Source: an uncultured Myxococcales bacterium
GTDB taxonomy: Bacteria > Myxococcota_A > Polyangia > Palsa-1104 > JAEUJZ01
Length of the DNA: 64,000 nt
Direction: 5' to 3'
Assembly: GCA_964537055.1 (NCBI GenBank)
Contig: CAZHYV010000003.1
Span: 25,445-89,444, forward strand
Part shown: piece by piece, positions 29,644 to 39,650 of the stretch
Position numbering within the stretch: the first letter of the stretch is position 1
Layout: every line of letters starts with the position of its first letter
The notes under the pieces: generated by a model
Seen by the model: only the letters and a program-made list of their open reading frames with translations
Databases searched by the model: none
What the model was told of the DNA's origin: nothing
Position numbers and translations under genes: made by a program

Positions 29644-32541
29644 GTGGAATCTCTTTATCTCATTGATGCAGCAAACCTCTTGTTTCGAGCTTACCATGCG
29701 CTTCCTCCGATGATGACCTCAAAAGGAGAGCCCACTGGGGCCGTATTTGGATTTCTCAACATGATGATCCGAATCGAAGAGCAGTACCATCCAAGCCACA
29801 TTGCTGTGGTATTTGATGCTGGTGGAAAATCAGCCCGAACCGAGCTTTATGCAGAGTATAAATCGCACCGTCCCCCATGCCCTGATGATCTGTTGCCCCA
29901 GTTTGCGAGAGCAAAGCAGCTTATGCAAGCGATGGGGTATCAGGTTCTCAATGGAGTCACAGGAGAAGCGGACGATGTGATTGCCACACTGGCAAGGCAG
30001 GCAGAGCATCGTGGGATGAACGTAGTGATTGTCTCGTCCGATAAAGATTTGATGCAGCTTTGCGGTCAAAACATTGTGCTTTTAGATACGATGAAGAACA
30101 ACGGCGTTGGGATGACCTACGGCCCGAAAGAGGTAGAAGAAAAGTTTGGGGTGCCTCCTAGCCAATTGGGTGAGGTCCTAGCGCTTATGGGGGATTCAAG
30201 CGATAATATCCCTGGTGTGCCAGGCATTGGGCCTAAGACCGCTTCCCAACTGATCCAAACCTATGGCTCGATCGACAATGTCCTTGCTCATCTGGAGGAG
30301 ATTCATATTCGAGGTGCAGAAAAGATTAAGGCTTCGCTAAGGGACCATTCTGCACAGCTTTCCCTCTCCCGAAAATTGGTAACCCTGCATACAGAGATGG
30401 ATTTGGGAATTGAAGTGGAGGAGTTGATCAAAAAAGCGTACCATGCTGATGAGTTCAAAAAGATTCTTCAGGAATTAGAATTTAAAAAATTCCTGCATAA
30501 ATATTTTAAAGCAGATGCAAGCTCGATCTCAGATACAAGCGCAGACGCCAACGCCCGAGGGACGTATGCTCTACCCCTCGATCTATTATCTCCTCCTAAA
30601 AGAGAACAACAACCATTACCCGAAAGCTCTTTCCCTGCAGAAACTACGGGGCAGGGAGGCAAAGAGGTGCTTCTCATTAAACCTGCACAGGTCATCCTGA
30701 CCAAAGAGGAGCTTGCTTTGTGGGCAAAAGAAGTTCTTTCTTTTCGCACCGTCTCTTTAGGGATTTCTCTTCCGCTTATGGGAAGCTCTCGTGAGCTTTC
30801 GGCTCGCACGGCTGATGTTTGCGGGATTGCACTATTTGCTGAAGCTAATGATGCAAAGACCTTCGCAGATTTGCCAGATTCAGATTTGCCAAACCCCATT
30901 TATCTTCCTATGGGGCACTTGTATTTGGGTTCTCCTTCCCAATGGACAAAGGAGGACCTCGTTTCTTGCTTGGGTCCTCTTTTTCGAAGTGCAGACATCC
31001 GGAAGTCTGTCTACGGGACCAAAGACACTTATCTGATCTTAGAAAAGTTAGGTTTTCAGCTGGAAGGTGTCGCCACTGATCCGGCGCTGTGCTCTTATAT
31101 TCTCGATGCAGCACGGAAGCACGACCTGTCCTCTCTTTGCGAGACATATCTCCAAAATGACGGGGTTGTTCCTAAAAGCCGTGACGAACTTTGCCGCCAG
31201 CAAAAGCGAGCCATTGCGATTGAGTCCATCGAGATTGAAGAAGTGGCAAAAGTTGCTGGATATGAGGCACAAGCCATTCTAAAATTGGGCTTTTTCCTCC
31301 GTTCACTTCTTCCCTTGGATGGACAAAAACTTTTGGATGAAATCGAGCTACCCCTTGGCCGTGTGCTTGCAAAGATCGAAAAGCACGGTATCTCTCTGGA
31401 TACCAGCGTATTATCTACCCTCTCTACAAAATTGGGCGAGCAACTGGCCTCTATTGAGGAAGAAGTCACCCAAGAGGCAGGGTATGCGGTCAACATAAAT
31501 TCGCCCAAGCAACTTCAAGAGCTTTTGTTCGAGAAGCTAGGTCTTCCAGGAACCAAAAAGACCAAAACCGGGTTCTCTACGGATGCTGAAGTCTTAGAGT
31601 CCTTGGCCGCGGAAAACCCGATTGCCCGGAAAATTCATACCCACCGCACGCTGTCGAAATTGAAGAACACCTACTTAGATCAGTTGCCCCAGCTTTTGGA
31701 CCCCAAAACAGGTCGGCTTCATACAAGCTATCATCAGGTGGTGGCAGCGACAGGGCGGTTGTCATCGACAGAGCCAAATTTGCAGAACATCCCCATTCGT
31801 ACCGATTTAGGTCTAGAGATTAGGAAAGCCTTTGTGGCACCGGAAGGGAGCGTGCTCATATCAGCGGACTATTCCCAGATTGAACTTCGGGTGCTGGCTC
31901 ATTTGTCGCAGGATCCGCTGTTGCTTCAAAGTTTTTTGGCGAAAGAAGACGTTCACGAGCGGACAGCCAAAGAGATGTTTGGACCGGTTGAAGGAGCTCG
32001 TCCGGAAATGCGCCGCGTTGCAAAAATGATTAACTATGGAATTATTTATGGACTTACCGATTTTGGTTTGGCGACTCGTCTATCGATTCCCAAAGGGGTG
32101 GCAAAACAATACATCAACGAATATTTTTCGCGGTACCAAAGAGTCGCTACTTTTATGGATGCGCTGGTGACTAAAGCCAGAAGGGAAGGGGGGGCAAGAA
32201 CGATTTTTGGTAGATACCGTCCTCTGCCAGAATTACTTTCGAGCAATTATCAAATTCGTGCCTATGCCGAGCGGATGGCAAAAAATACACCGCTCCAAGG
32301 AACGGCTGCCGATATTTTAAAAATTGCTATGATTCAAGTGCAAGAGGCGTTAGAGAACCATCCTGAGCTTGCGGCAAAGATGTTGCTTACCGTGCACGAT
32401 GAGCTTGTTTTTGAGGTGCCTCAAGCAACCAGTGAGAGAACGATGGAGCTTGTGAGAGGACTTATGGAAAAGGCCTGTACTTTATCAGTGCCGCTTGAGG
32501 TTCACGTGGCCTCTGGTGCAAATTGGGCGAAGTGCAAATAA
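29644..32541 (+). CDS. polA: DNA polymerase I
   Basis: 5'-3' exonuclease (EADDVIATL, GDSSDNIPGVPGIGPKTA) and polymerase motifs (TGRLSS, DYSQIELR, AKMINYGIIYG, LTVHDEL). Confidence 0.97.
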   Translation: MESLYLIDAANLLFRAYHALPPMMTSKGEPTGAVFGFLNMMIRIEEQYHPSHIAVVFDAGGKSARTELYAEYKSHRPPCPDDLLPQFARAKQLMQAMGYQVLNGVTGEADDVIATLARQAEHRGMNVVIVSSDKDLMQLCGQNIVLLDTMKNNGVGMTYGPKEVEEKFGVPPSQLGEVLALMGDSSDNIPGVPGIGPKTASQLIQTYGSIDNVLAHLEEIHIRGAEKIKASLRDHSAQLSLSRKLVTLHTEMDLGIEVEELIKKAYHADEFKKILQELEFKKFLHKYFKADASSISDTSADANARGTYALPLDLLSPPKREQQPLPESSFPAETTGQGGKEVLLIKPAQVILTKEELALWAKEVLSFRTVSLGISLPLMGSSRELSARTADVCGIALFAEANDAKTFADLPDSDLPNPIYLPMGHLYLGSPSQWTKEDLVSCLGPLFRSADIRKSVYGTKDTYLILEKLGFQLEGVATDPALCSYILDAARKHDLSSLCETYLQNDGVVPKSRDELCRQQKRAIAIESIEIEEVAKVAGYEAQAILKLGFFLRSLLPLDGQKLLDEIELPLGRVLAKIEKHGISLDTSVLSTLSTKLGEQLASIEEEVTQEAGYAVNINSPKQLQELLFEKLGLPGTKKTKTGFSTDAEVLESLAAENPIARKIHTHRTLSKLKNTYLDQLPQLLDPKTGRLHTSYHQVVAATGRLSSTEPNLQNIPIRTDLGLEIRKAFVAPEGSVLISADYSQIELRVLAHLSQDPLLLQSFLAKEDVHERTAKEMFGPVEGARPEMRRVAKMINYGIIYGLTDFGLATRLSIPKGVAKQYINEYFSRYQRVATFMDALVTKARREGGARTIFGRYRPLPELLSSNYQIRAYAERMAKNTPLQGTAADILKIAMIQVQEALENHPELAAKMLLTVHDELVFEVPQATSERTMELVRGLMEKACTLSVPLEVHVASGANWAKCK

Positions 32542-32616
32542 AGACTTGCCTGCTCCTCTTGAAAGAATCCCGAAATGAATTCTTGAACAAATGTGTACTT
32601 TTGTTAGGATGCCGCC

Positions 32617-34224
32617 ATGTTGTGGACGGGATGTGATAAGCGCCTGAGTTTTTTACGAAAAATCTTTGGCTTTTTTACCTTGGTTCTGCTTGTTGGCGTT
32701 TTTGGATGCAAACCGGAATCTTCTTTGCAGTGTGGTGGTTTTCCTCTCCCAGATGGGGATGTGGATGCAATAGAGTTATGTACTCAATCTTCCTTCAAAG
32801 AGCAGTGTTGCGCTTTGGCGATGCTTTACAAGACTAGCATGGGTGGTTCGATTTTATATAGCAACAGTTGGCTGAAGTCGAAAGAGATCTGTCAATGGAA
32901 TGGGGTGAGCTGTGATGCTTCCCAAACTCAGATTACCAAACTCACTTTGTTTTTAGATCATGGAGAAAGGATACCCAAGGGATTTTTTCAAGCATTCCCT
33001 TCTTTAGAGGAACTGCTCTTAGAAAATCCGCAGCTTACCATCCTGGAGGATTCCACATTTGCGGGGCTAACTTCTTTAAAGAGACTCAAACTGCATCTGC
33101 CTAGGCTTTCCACCTTACCTAAAAAGATATTTCAGGGACTTTCTTCTCTAAAGCTTCTTGACCTATCAGACAATGGGTTTGAAGAGCTTCCTCCTTCTCT
33201 CCTTTTGGGACTTCCTCTTGAAGAGCTCTCGCTTTACCAAAATCGTCTCCGCAGTTTGCCCGAGGGCTTCCTCTTGAGACAAAGAGTACTAACTCAGGTG
33301 ATCCTTAGTAAAAATTTCCTCTCCAGTCTGCCTGTAGGGTTTTTGCAGGATCTTGTCTCTCTGAATACGCTGGATTTGTCCTTCAATCAACTAGAGTTTT
33401 CCCAAAATGATACCTTTTCCCATACGAAAGAGCTTGAGCGCTTATTCCTGGCAAATAATCAAGTACAACGTCTTCCCTCAGGTTTGTTTCGAGCATTGGG
33501 AAATTTAAAAATCCTTGATCTTTCGCATAATCCTCTTGAGATGATTGAGGAAGGTTCCTTTTTAGGGCTCTATCAACTCAAATCAATGGATCTTTCTCGC
33601 TGTAATTTTTTCCTAGGCATTCCCGCGACCTCCTTTTGGGGTCTTCAGCAGGAGGGAGCTCCTTCTCCGTTAGAAGTCCTTTCTCTGGCAGAAAGTCACC
33701 TTCCTATGCTGTCTCCCAATTTGTTTCTGGGGCTCTCTTCTCTCATGAACCTCGACCTTTCTCAGAACGAGCTTTGGCAGCTATCTTCTAGAGCTTTTTG
33801 GGGTCTACGAGCATTAAAGCAGCTCTCCTTAAGGCAAAACCACCTTGCGTTCTTATCGAGAGACGTGTTTGCCGATTTAATTAATCTCGAGAGGCTTGAT
33901 CTAACAGAAAACCAGATTGTGGATTTACCAAGCAATACATTTTTGCTCCTTCGCTCGCTAAAAAGCCTTAACCTGAGAAAAAACAATATTGATACGTTAC
34001 CTTTTGGGGTCTTTGAGGGCCTTTCTGTGCTTGAGGAGCTTACACTTGATAAAAATAAGCTCACCGGTCTAATGAATGCGGTCCATCCTCAGGCTTTTGA
34101 GCCTTTATTGAAATTAAGTTTTTTATCTATGGAGGAGAATCCTTGGTCTAGTACTTTCAGATTACCCCTATCTCTGTGCCTAAAGCCCTCCTTGCATATC
34201 CAACCGAGCTCGTTGTGCGAGTGA
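32617..34224 (+). CDS. Leucine-rich repeat lipoprotein
   Basis: Lipobox-like VFGC, a CQWNGVSC cap, many LxxLxLxxNxLxxLPxxxF repeats and a terminal NPW. Confidence 0.88.
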   Translation: MLWTGCDKRLSFLRKIFGFFTLVLLVGVFGCKPESSLQCGGFPLPDGDVDAIELCTQSSFKEQCCALAMLYKTSMGGSILYSNSWLKSKEICQWNGVSCDASQTQITKLTLFLDHGERIPKGFFQAFPSLEELLLENPQLTILEDSTFAGLTSLKRLKLHLPRLSTLPKKIFQGLSSLKLLDLSDNGFEELPPSLLLGLPLEELSLYQNRLRSLPEGFLLRQRVLTQVILSKNFLSSLPVGFLQDLVSLNTLDLSFNQLEFSQNDTFSHTKELERLFLANNQVQRLPSGLFRALGNLKILDLSHNPLEMIEEGSFLGLYQLKSMDLSRCNFFLGIPATSFWGLQQEGAPSPLEVLSLAESHLPMLSPNLFLGLSSLMNLDLSQNELWQLSSRAFWGLRALKQLSLRQNHLAFLSRDVFADLINLERLDLTENQIVDLPSNTFLLLRSLKSLNLRKNNIDTLPFGVFEGLSVLEELTLDKNKLTGLMNAVHPQAFEPLLKLSFLSMEENPWSSTFRLPLSLCLKPSLHIQPSSLCE

Positions 34225-34330
34225 CGTCAATACCGCTTGCATACCTTCAGTTCTCAAGCTATAACATGTAACTTCTGTGCGCTTGGCACACTCAAAAGAA
34301 GAAGAAAAGTCCTAATCTAGGAGGTTAAAT

Positions 34331-34774
34331 ATGAAGAAAAACATTTTATTAGCACTATTGTTGGGAACGTGGGGAATCCTGGGATGTCAACCTAGTGCCG
34401 ATCCCGCAGAGGCTGTGGATTGCAACCTGGCGGCGAACAAAGCTCTCCCTGTGTGTGAAGTAGATCCTTTGGCCAGAACGAGTCAAATTGACCGAAATTT
34501 TGATAATTATCTTTCGATTACCCTCCAAAGGCCGTTAAAGCAGGATGAGATTTTGTCAGCAAAACTTGTTCAGGGTCCGAATGAAGTAGAAATCATCTTC
34601 TTGATAGATCGAGCTGACCCAACATCGCTCAATGCTCGTGTTCTCAAATCAAAACTAGAGGGCTTTGATGCAGCAGCTACCTCTGTGTCTTTGGTACTAA
34701 CCTATGAGAAGGTGAATAGTTCAGAGAGCGCTCAATGGTCGCTCCCGCTTACTCTCATCCCAGTAAGAGCTTAG
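34331..34774 (+). CDS. Hypothetical lipoprotein
   Basis: MKKNILL...ILGC lipobox and GGAGG RBS. Confidence 0.75.
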   Translation: MKKNILLALLLGTWGILGCQPSADPAEAVDCNLAANKALPVCEVDPLARTSQIDRNFDNYLSITLQRPLKQDEILSAKLVQGPNEVEIIFLIDRADPTSLNARVLKSKLEGFDAAATSVSLVLTYEKVNSSESAQWSLPLTLIPVRA

Positions 34775-34814
34775 GGCAGAGGCAAACCCCGTAAGGTCTA
34801 CGAGGTTCTTTGCG

Positions 34815-35465
34815 CTACAGGGTTTTTTGCATCGTCGCTTGATAGGCTTTTGCCACGGATTCTCTTTGGCCTACAAGCTCAAACCAACGCTGAAGATGCG
34901 GAAATTGTTCGATGGTTTGATCGAGTTTCTTATAGACTGCGATCCACGGCCAGCAGGCGATATCTGCAATCGAATAGGCAGAGGCAATATACTCGTTCAG
35001 CTTTACCTGTTGGTCGAGTACCTTAAACAGGCGAGTTACCTCATTAAAGTATCGCTCAATCGCGTACGGAATTTTTTCTTTTGCGTAAAAGCGAAAGTGA
35101 AAATATTGACCCGCCATGGGACCAAGTCCGCTTACTTGCCACATTAGCCATTTTTCTACCTCATACCGATAGTGGAGGTCACGGGGATAAAATTTCCCTG
35201 TTTTTTCGGCAAGGTATTTTAGGATTGCCCCGGATTCAAAAAGCGACAGGGGTCCCCCTGGCGCCTGGTGATCCACAAGAGCAGGAATTTTGTTATTTGG
35301 GCTGATAGCCATAAATTCTGGCGAGAGTTGCTCCCCATTACTAATATCGATTGGAATGGCCCGATAGGGGAGCTTGCACTCCTCTAACATGAGGGCAATT
35401 TTGGCTCCATTAGGAGTTGACCAGTAATAAAAATCCATCGGAGCTATTGTTTTTTGGGGTTCCAT
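34815..35465 (-). CDS. yfcG: Glutathione S-transferase family, YfcG-like disulfide oxidoreductase
   Basis: WSTPNGAKIALMLEE, ISPNNKIPAL, FESGAIL and WQVSGLGPMAGQ motifs. Start is 35465 or 35438. Confidence 0.88.
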   Translation of the reverse strand: MEPQKTIAPMDFYYWSTPNGAKIALMLEECKLPYRAIPIDISNGEQLSPEFMAISPNNKIPALVDHQAPGGPLSLFESGAILKYLAEKTGKFYPRDLHYRYEVEKWLMWQVSGLGPMAGQYFHFRFYAKEKIPYAIERYFNEVTRLFKVLDQQVKLNEYIASAYSIADIACWPWIAVYKKLDQTIEQFPHLQRWFELVGQRESVAKAYQATMQKTL

Positions 35466-35520
35466 CTTTTGGGATTCCACGAGTTCCTCATTTCCTGGAG
35501 CACGTACTTTGTTTCCTGGA

Positions 35521-36237
35521 TCATATACTTTTTTGGGAGACGACAATAAAAAAACCACCAAGGCGGCGTAACCCAGGAACGTCGGCGGCGTGAGTTTCTA
35601 AAAAACGAAACATAGGTCCCACTACAGGCCACCTATGGATTTGTGAAAAAGGGGTAAAAATCCGGACGCCCCGACACGTTTTTATGTCCATTGAGCTTGG
35701 CAGATAAGAACGAATCTCTTCCAGCGTATCATACCGAGTATAGACAGACTCATCGTGAGTTTGATCAGAGATGGCGGTTGGCTTCTTGAGTTTTTTAATA
35801 AGACCCCGAAGCGAGTAGGGGTTGTAGAATTCGGTAATGAGCCACCCCCCTGGTTTTAGGACGCGCACAAGCTCTTCCATAGCTGTTTGGATGGGATTTA
35901 CGTGAGCAAGCACTTTAAATGAACATACGATATCGAAACTTTCGCTCGCAAAGGGAACCGACAAAGCATTGGCTTGTACGACCTGTAAGTTTCGCTCTTT
36001 GGCTTTCCTTAGCATCCCGTGAGAAAGATCAAACCCAACAGCATGCGCTGCTTTTTCTTTCAGGGAGCGTAGAATAAGACCAGTTCCACAACCTGCTTCT
36101 AGCACTCGCATGTGAGGCTGCAGATACTTAGAGACGAGGCTTACTTCCAGATGATCGATCAGTGCATGATACCCATCGTGACGTTCTCGCTCGTACGTTT
36201 TTGAAAATTCGTCGTAATAACTTTGATTGTCTTTCAT
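35521..36237 (-). CDS. Class I SAM-dependent methyltransferase
   Basis: VLEAGCGTG, GFDLSHGML, ALSVPFASESFD and RVLKPGG motifs. Confidence 0.92.
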   Translation of the reverse strand: MKDNQSYYDEFSKTYERERHDGYHALIDHLEVSLVSKYLQPHMRVLEAGCGTGLILRSLKEKAAHAVGFDLSHGMLRKAKERNLQVVQANALSVPFASESFDIVCSFKVLAHVNPIQTAMEELVRVLKPGGWLITEFYNPYSLRGLIKKLKKPTAISDQTHDESVYTRYDTLEEIRSYLPSSMDIKTCRGVRIFTPFSQIHRWPVVGPMFRFLETHAADVPGLRRLGGFFIVVSQKSI

Positions 36238-36266
36238 AATATCGACACTACGCTTGTCTTCACCCT

Positions 36267-37190
36267 TTAGGAAGGACGTCGGTAGGCAGACGGCTTGTAG
36301 AGATTTGCCTGCCGCTTCTGTTTTCCCTCTAACAGGGATCGTTTTGATTCCTCGATAAACGCTTCCAGGGTCATTGTAGGTTTATAAGTGGCTACTCCGA
36401 TAGAGACTGTAATTTTCATCTCGATCTGTTCCCGAAGCGTAAAAGAAGTGCGCTCGATGCGTTTCTGTAAATTTTCTGCAAGATCAGATGCTTTTTTTGC
36501 TTGTGTGTTCGGGAGATAAATGAGGAAACCATCGTCCCAATCAGCCATAATATCTGTAGAACGCACCCGTTCACTAAGATACTTTGCCACTTTTTGAAAA
36601 AAGGCCTGAAGCTCTAGGGATTGTAGCTGCTGACATATCTCCTCAAATCGGTCAATCTTCACCTGTAAGAGAGATAGAGAGCAGAGGGAAACAAAAGAAG
36701 CATCTTTTTTCCGTCTATTCAAAAGTTTGCGATATTTTTCAATCTCCCATTCTAGCAGATGCTTCAGGTAGCTTGATTGATAGATACCAGTAAGCATATT
36801 TTTTTGAGTGAACCTATAGAGCTCTGTCGAGATTTTTGATGGCTTGAGTTTCTCGGTGCCGAACTCAAAAGCAAACCTGCCTATCTGGGTCATTTCCTTA
36901 TTCTCGGGAGATTGTTTTTGTGTGATGATCCCGTGGACTCGTGTACCCGTATGGCTTGCTAAATCTTCCCAAGAGAAATAGCCATGTCGAAATAAGATCT
37001 GAAAGGTGGGCTTTTTGATGGAAGGCTCTGCTTTTGGAAAGGTCTCTTCAGGCAAATGTCCGATACGAACCCCTTGGGTGGATACTTCATAGTGACAAGC
37101 ATTTCTAGATAGAGTGGGATCGGCTGAGTGAGAAACAATTAAAAATGAATTTACCGAGTCTTCGTCAGGATTGTCGATAAGAATTTGCAT
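36267..37190 (-). CDS. FHA-like plus degenerate GGDEF domain protein
   Basis: NMLTGIYQ, KIDRF, RSTD I-site, ADWDDGF in place of ARYGGEEF, and ITVSIGVATY. Confidence 0.72.
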   Translation of the reverse strand: MQILIDNPDEDSVNSFLIVSHSADPTLSRNACHYEVSTQGVRIGHLPEETFPKAEPSIKKPTFQILFRHGYFSWEDLASHTGTRVHGIITQKQSPENKEMTQIGRFAFEFGTEKLKPSKISTELYRFTQKNMLTGIYQSSYLKHLLEWEIEKYRKLLNRRKKDASFVSLCSLSLLQVKIDRFEEICQQLQSLELQAFFQKVAKYLSERVRSTDIMADWDDGFLIYLPNTQAKKASDLAENLQKRIERTSFTLREQIEMKITVSIGVATYKPTMTLEAFIEESKRSLLEGKQKRQANLYKPSAYRRPS

Positions 37191-37403
37191 GGGCTAAGGC
37201 TTCAATAACATATTGTCGAGAATAGGCAAGCGAAAATCTATGCATCTTTAAGAAATTCCTTTTTTGTTAATTTCTTCATAGTTCGTTCCCGCCATATTTG
37301 GTCTACTCGCTTCTTTTATTGTTCCGTTCACTTCCCTTCATAGAAGTTCTTTTCTTTCCTGTAAAGATTTGACTTCCTTCTCATTTTCTATGAGAAACAA
37401 CGT

Positions 37404-38213
37404 ATGGAACATAAAATCACCCACGAACGAATTACACTTAAGGTACAAGATGGACTTCCTTCTCAACCCATGGGAGCTTATCTCGCCTATCCCTCTGAAA
37501 AAGGCCATTACCCAGGAATCTTGTTATTTATGGAGGTATTTGGGATTAACAGCCATATCCAAGATGTAGCAAACCGGATTGCCAGACAAGGGTATGTGGT
37601 GCTTGCTCCAGATTATTTTCACCGAGTCGCCCCAGGGATCGAGCTTACCTATGATCAAAAGGGCCTCGATGTAGGACTTCCTCTGATTGGGAAATTAAAA
37701 CGAAATGAACTGGCTGCTGACGTGCAGGCGTCGATTTCCTACCTTCGCAGCCGGCATGACACTACGCCTCGGTTAGGATCTATTGGGTTTTGTATCGGAG
37801 GCCACGTTGCTTATTTTGCGGCAACCCAATTCGATATTGCAGCGACGGCCTCTTTTTATGGGGGTGGACTTGCCGTGCCAGGGATGCTAGGAGAAGCCCA
37901 GCCGACCATGGATTTGGCCGAGGGAATTGCCAAACACCATGGGAAAATCTGCTGCTTTTTTGGGGGGCAGGACACGCACATTCCCAAGGAACACCGTGAG
38001 CAGATTGAACATGCTTTAAAAAAGGCGCACGTCCGCCACGAAGTGATTGTGTATCCCGAGGCCAACCACGGATTTTTCTGCGATCAACGAGCGGCGTTTC
38101 ACGAGGCTTCTCGGAATGATGCGTGGAATCGAGTCTTGAGGCTGTTTCAAGATGAACTAAAACGGGATGGGAGACAGACCTCTCAACCTGCGGCTGAGAA
38201 GGCTTATAGCTAA
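37404..38213 (+). CDS. Dienelactone hydrolase family protein
   Basis: EVFGIN, GFCIGG nucleophile motif and YPEANHGF. Confidence 0.93.
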   Translation: MEHKITHERITLKVQDGLPSQPMGAYLAYPSEKGHYPGILLFMEVFGINSHIQDVANRIARQGYVVLAPDYFHRVAPGIELTYDQKGLDVGLPLIGKLKRNELAADVQASISYLRSRHDTTPRLGSIGFCIGGHVAYFAATQFDIAATASFYGGGLAVPGMLGEAQPTMDLAEGIAKHHGKICCFFGGQDTHIPKEHREQIEHALKKAHVRHEVIVYPEANHGFFCDQRAAFHEASRNDAWNRVLRLFQDELKRDGRQTSQPAAEKAYS

Positions 38214-38309
38214 GAGAGAGCCTGACAAGCATCCACAAAGCCTTTATCATGTAAGAGAGATGAAGGATGCTGCAGTAGGGTCACGCGGTAGATTTCCAGG
38301 GAAAATGCT

Positions 38310-38822
38310 TTAGTCTTTCTCCATAATCTCAATTTTTGTGATCTTTGTTCCTGGCGCTCTGGTACGGCTTGGATCGCGTTCAGGGATGGAAAGAACCACA
38401 TTCATCCCTTGGCTTACTTTCCCAAAGACACTATGGCAACCATCCAGATGGGGGGTTGCCACATGTGTGATAAAGAACTGGCTCCCATTTGTGTTGGGTC
38501 CTGCATTGGCCATAGACAAAATTCCTGGGCCGGTGTGGCGGAGGGAGGGGTGAAACTCATCTTCAAACTCGTACCCGGGTCCTCCCGCACCTGTGCCCGT
38601 GGGGTCTCCCCCTTGTGCCATAAAACCACGGATCACGCGATGAAATGTCACATTGTCATAAAACCCATCTTTTGCGAGGAACACAAAGTTGTTTACCGTT
38701 TTTGGTGCTTTGTCAGCAAAAAGTTCGATTTCAAAATTGCCAACCTCGGTGTGAAAGAGGGCGGTATACTTTTTTTTAGAATCAATACTCATCGGAGGTG
38801 ATTTGGGGTATTTTTTGCTCAT
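38310..38822 (-). CDS. Cyclophilin-type peptidyl-prolyl isomerase
   Basis: [31 protein letters not shown] and HSVFG motifs. Confidence 0.96.
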   Translation of the reverse strand: MSKKYPKSPPMSIDSKKKYTALFHTEVGNFEIELFADKAPKTVNNFVFLAKDGFYDNVTFHRVIRGFMAQGGDPTGTGAGGPGYEFEDEFHPSLRHTGPGILSMANAGPNTNGSQFFITHVATPHLDGCHSVFGKVSQGMNVVLSIPERDPSRTRAPGTKITKIEIMEKD

Positions 38823-38907
38823 CTGGGTATTCCTTTTTTAATGAAAGAGGAATGACTATACCGAAGGATTGGTTTTGTTGCTAGGGGGAAAGAAAACAGA
38901 AGCATAT

Positions 38908-39312
38908 TTATGAAGGAAGGGTAGGCTTCCATTTATGCCAAAGGGGTGGGCCTAAGATAAGAATACCGATCATGATCGCAAGGATCACACTCATGAGAAC
39001 AGCGGCCGCGGCGACATCCTTTCCTGTTTTTGCAAGCGGATGGATCTGAGGGGATGCAAGATCAATCCCAGCCTCAATGGCGGTATTAATGAGTTCTGTG
39101 CCTAGGACAAGACCAATCGCAAGCAAGATGATGCCCCACTCAAGAGGTTTTAGCCGTACATAAACCCCAAGACCCACAATACATAAGGTGATCACAAGAT
39201 GAATGCGTAGATTGATTTGAGTTGTGAGCGCGTACTTAAATCCCGAAAAGGCATACCGAAAAGAATCAATGCGGGTTCGGGATCGGAACGAAGAAGGGGA
39301 AGGGCCATCCAT
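38908..39312 (-). CDS. dgkA: Diacylglycerol/undecaprenol kinase family protein
   Basis: ELINTAIEAGID and AKTGKDVAAAAV motifs. Confidence 0.9.
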   Translation of the reverse strand: MDGPSPSSFRSRTRIDSFRYAFSGFKYALTTQINLRIHLVITLCIVGLGVYVRLKPLEWGIILLAIGLVLGTELINTAIEAGIDLASPQIHPLAKTGKDVAAAAVLMSVILAIMIGILILGPPLWHKWKPTLPS

Positions 39313-39650
39313 AGATGTTCTTTATACGATAGCAGTAAAAGATAGGGAAGACGTATAGGTCTTTGCATCCTAGCAAAGAGTCTTAGGCAGGCACGCAACC
39401 GGCATCATAGAGGGCTGCATACATTCTGTATCTTGTTGATTTCTCTTTGAAAACCGGGAACTTTGAAAATCCTTAATTTATGAAGTTGATCTTCGTTAAA
39501 ATCTACGTTAATCCCATAACCATCCATTAGATCGCAGTGGAGATCTTTTCACCCACTCTGTTAGAGAAGCAAAGGAGCACAGAATCAGCTCTGCTCTTCC
39601 TTGTTTTTCTTTAAGTAGGTTTTATATTAATACCGTTCAAAGGAGTCCGC

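Noticed and set aside
39330-39650. Cobalamin riboswitch or NrdR boxes upstream of nrdA
   Set aside because: Only ATAGGGAA and a weak CTGTATCTTG were seen; the other riboswitch elements and a second NrdR box are absent. A better-looking CTATATCTAG at 43475-43484 is downstream of nrdB, so its position does not fit.
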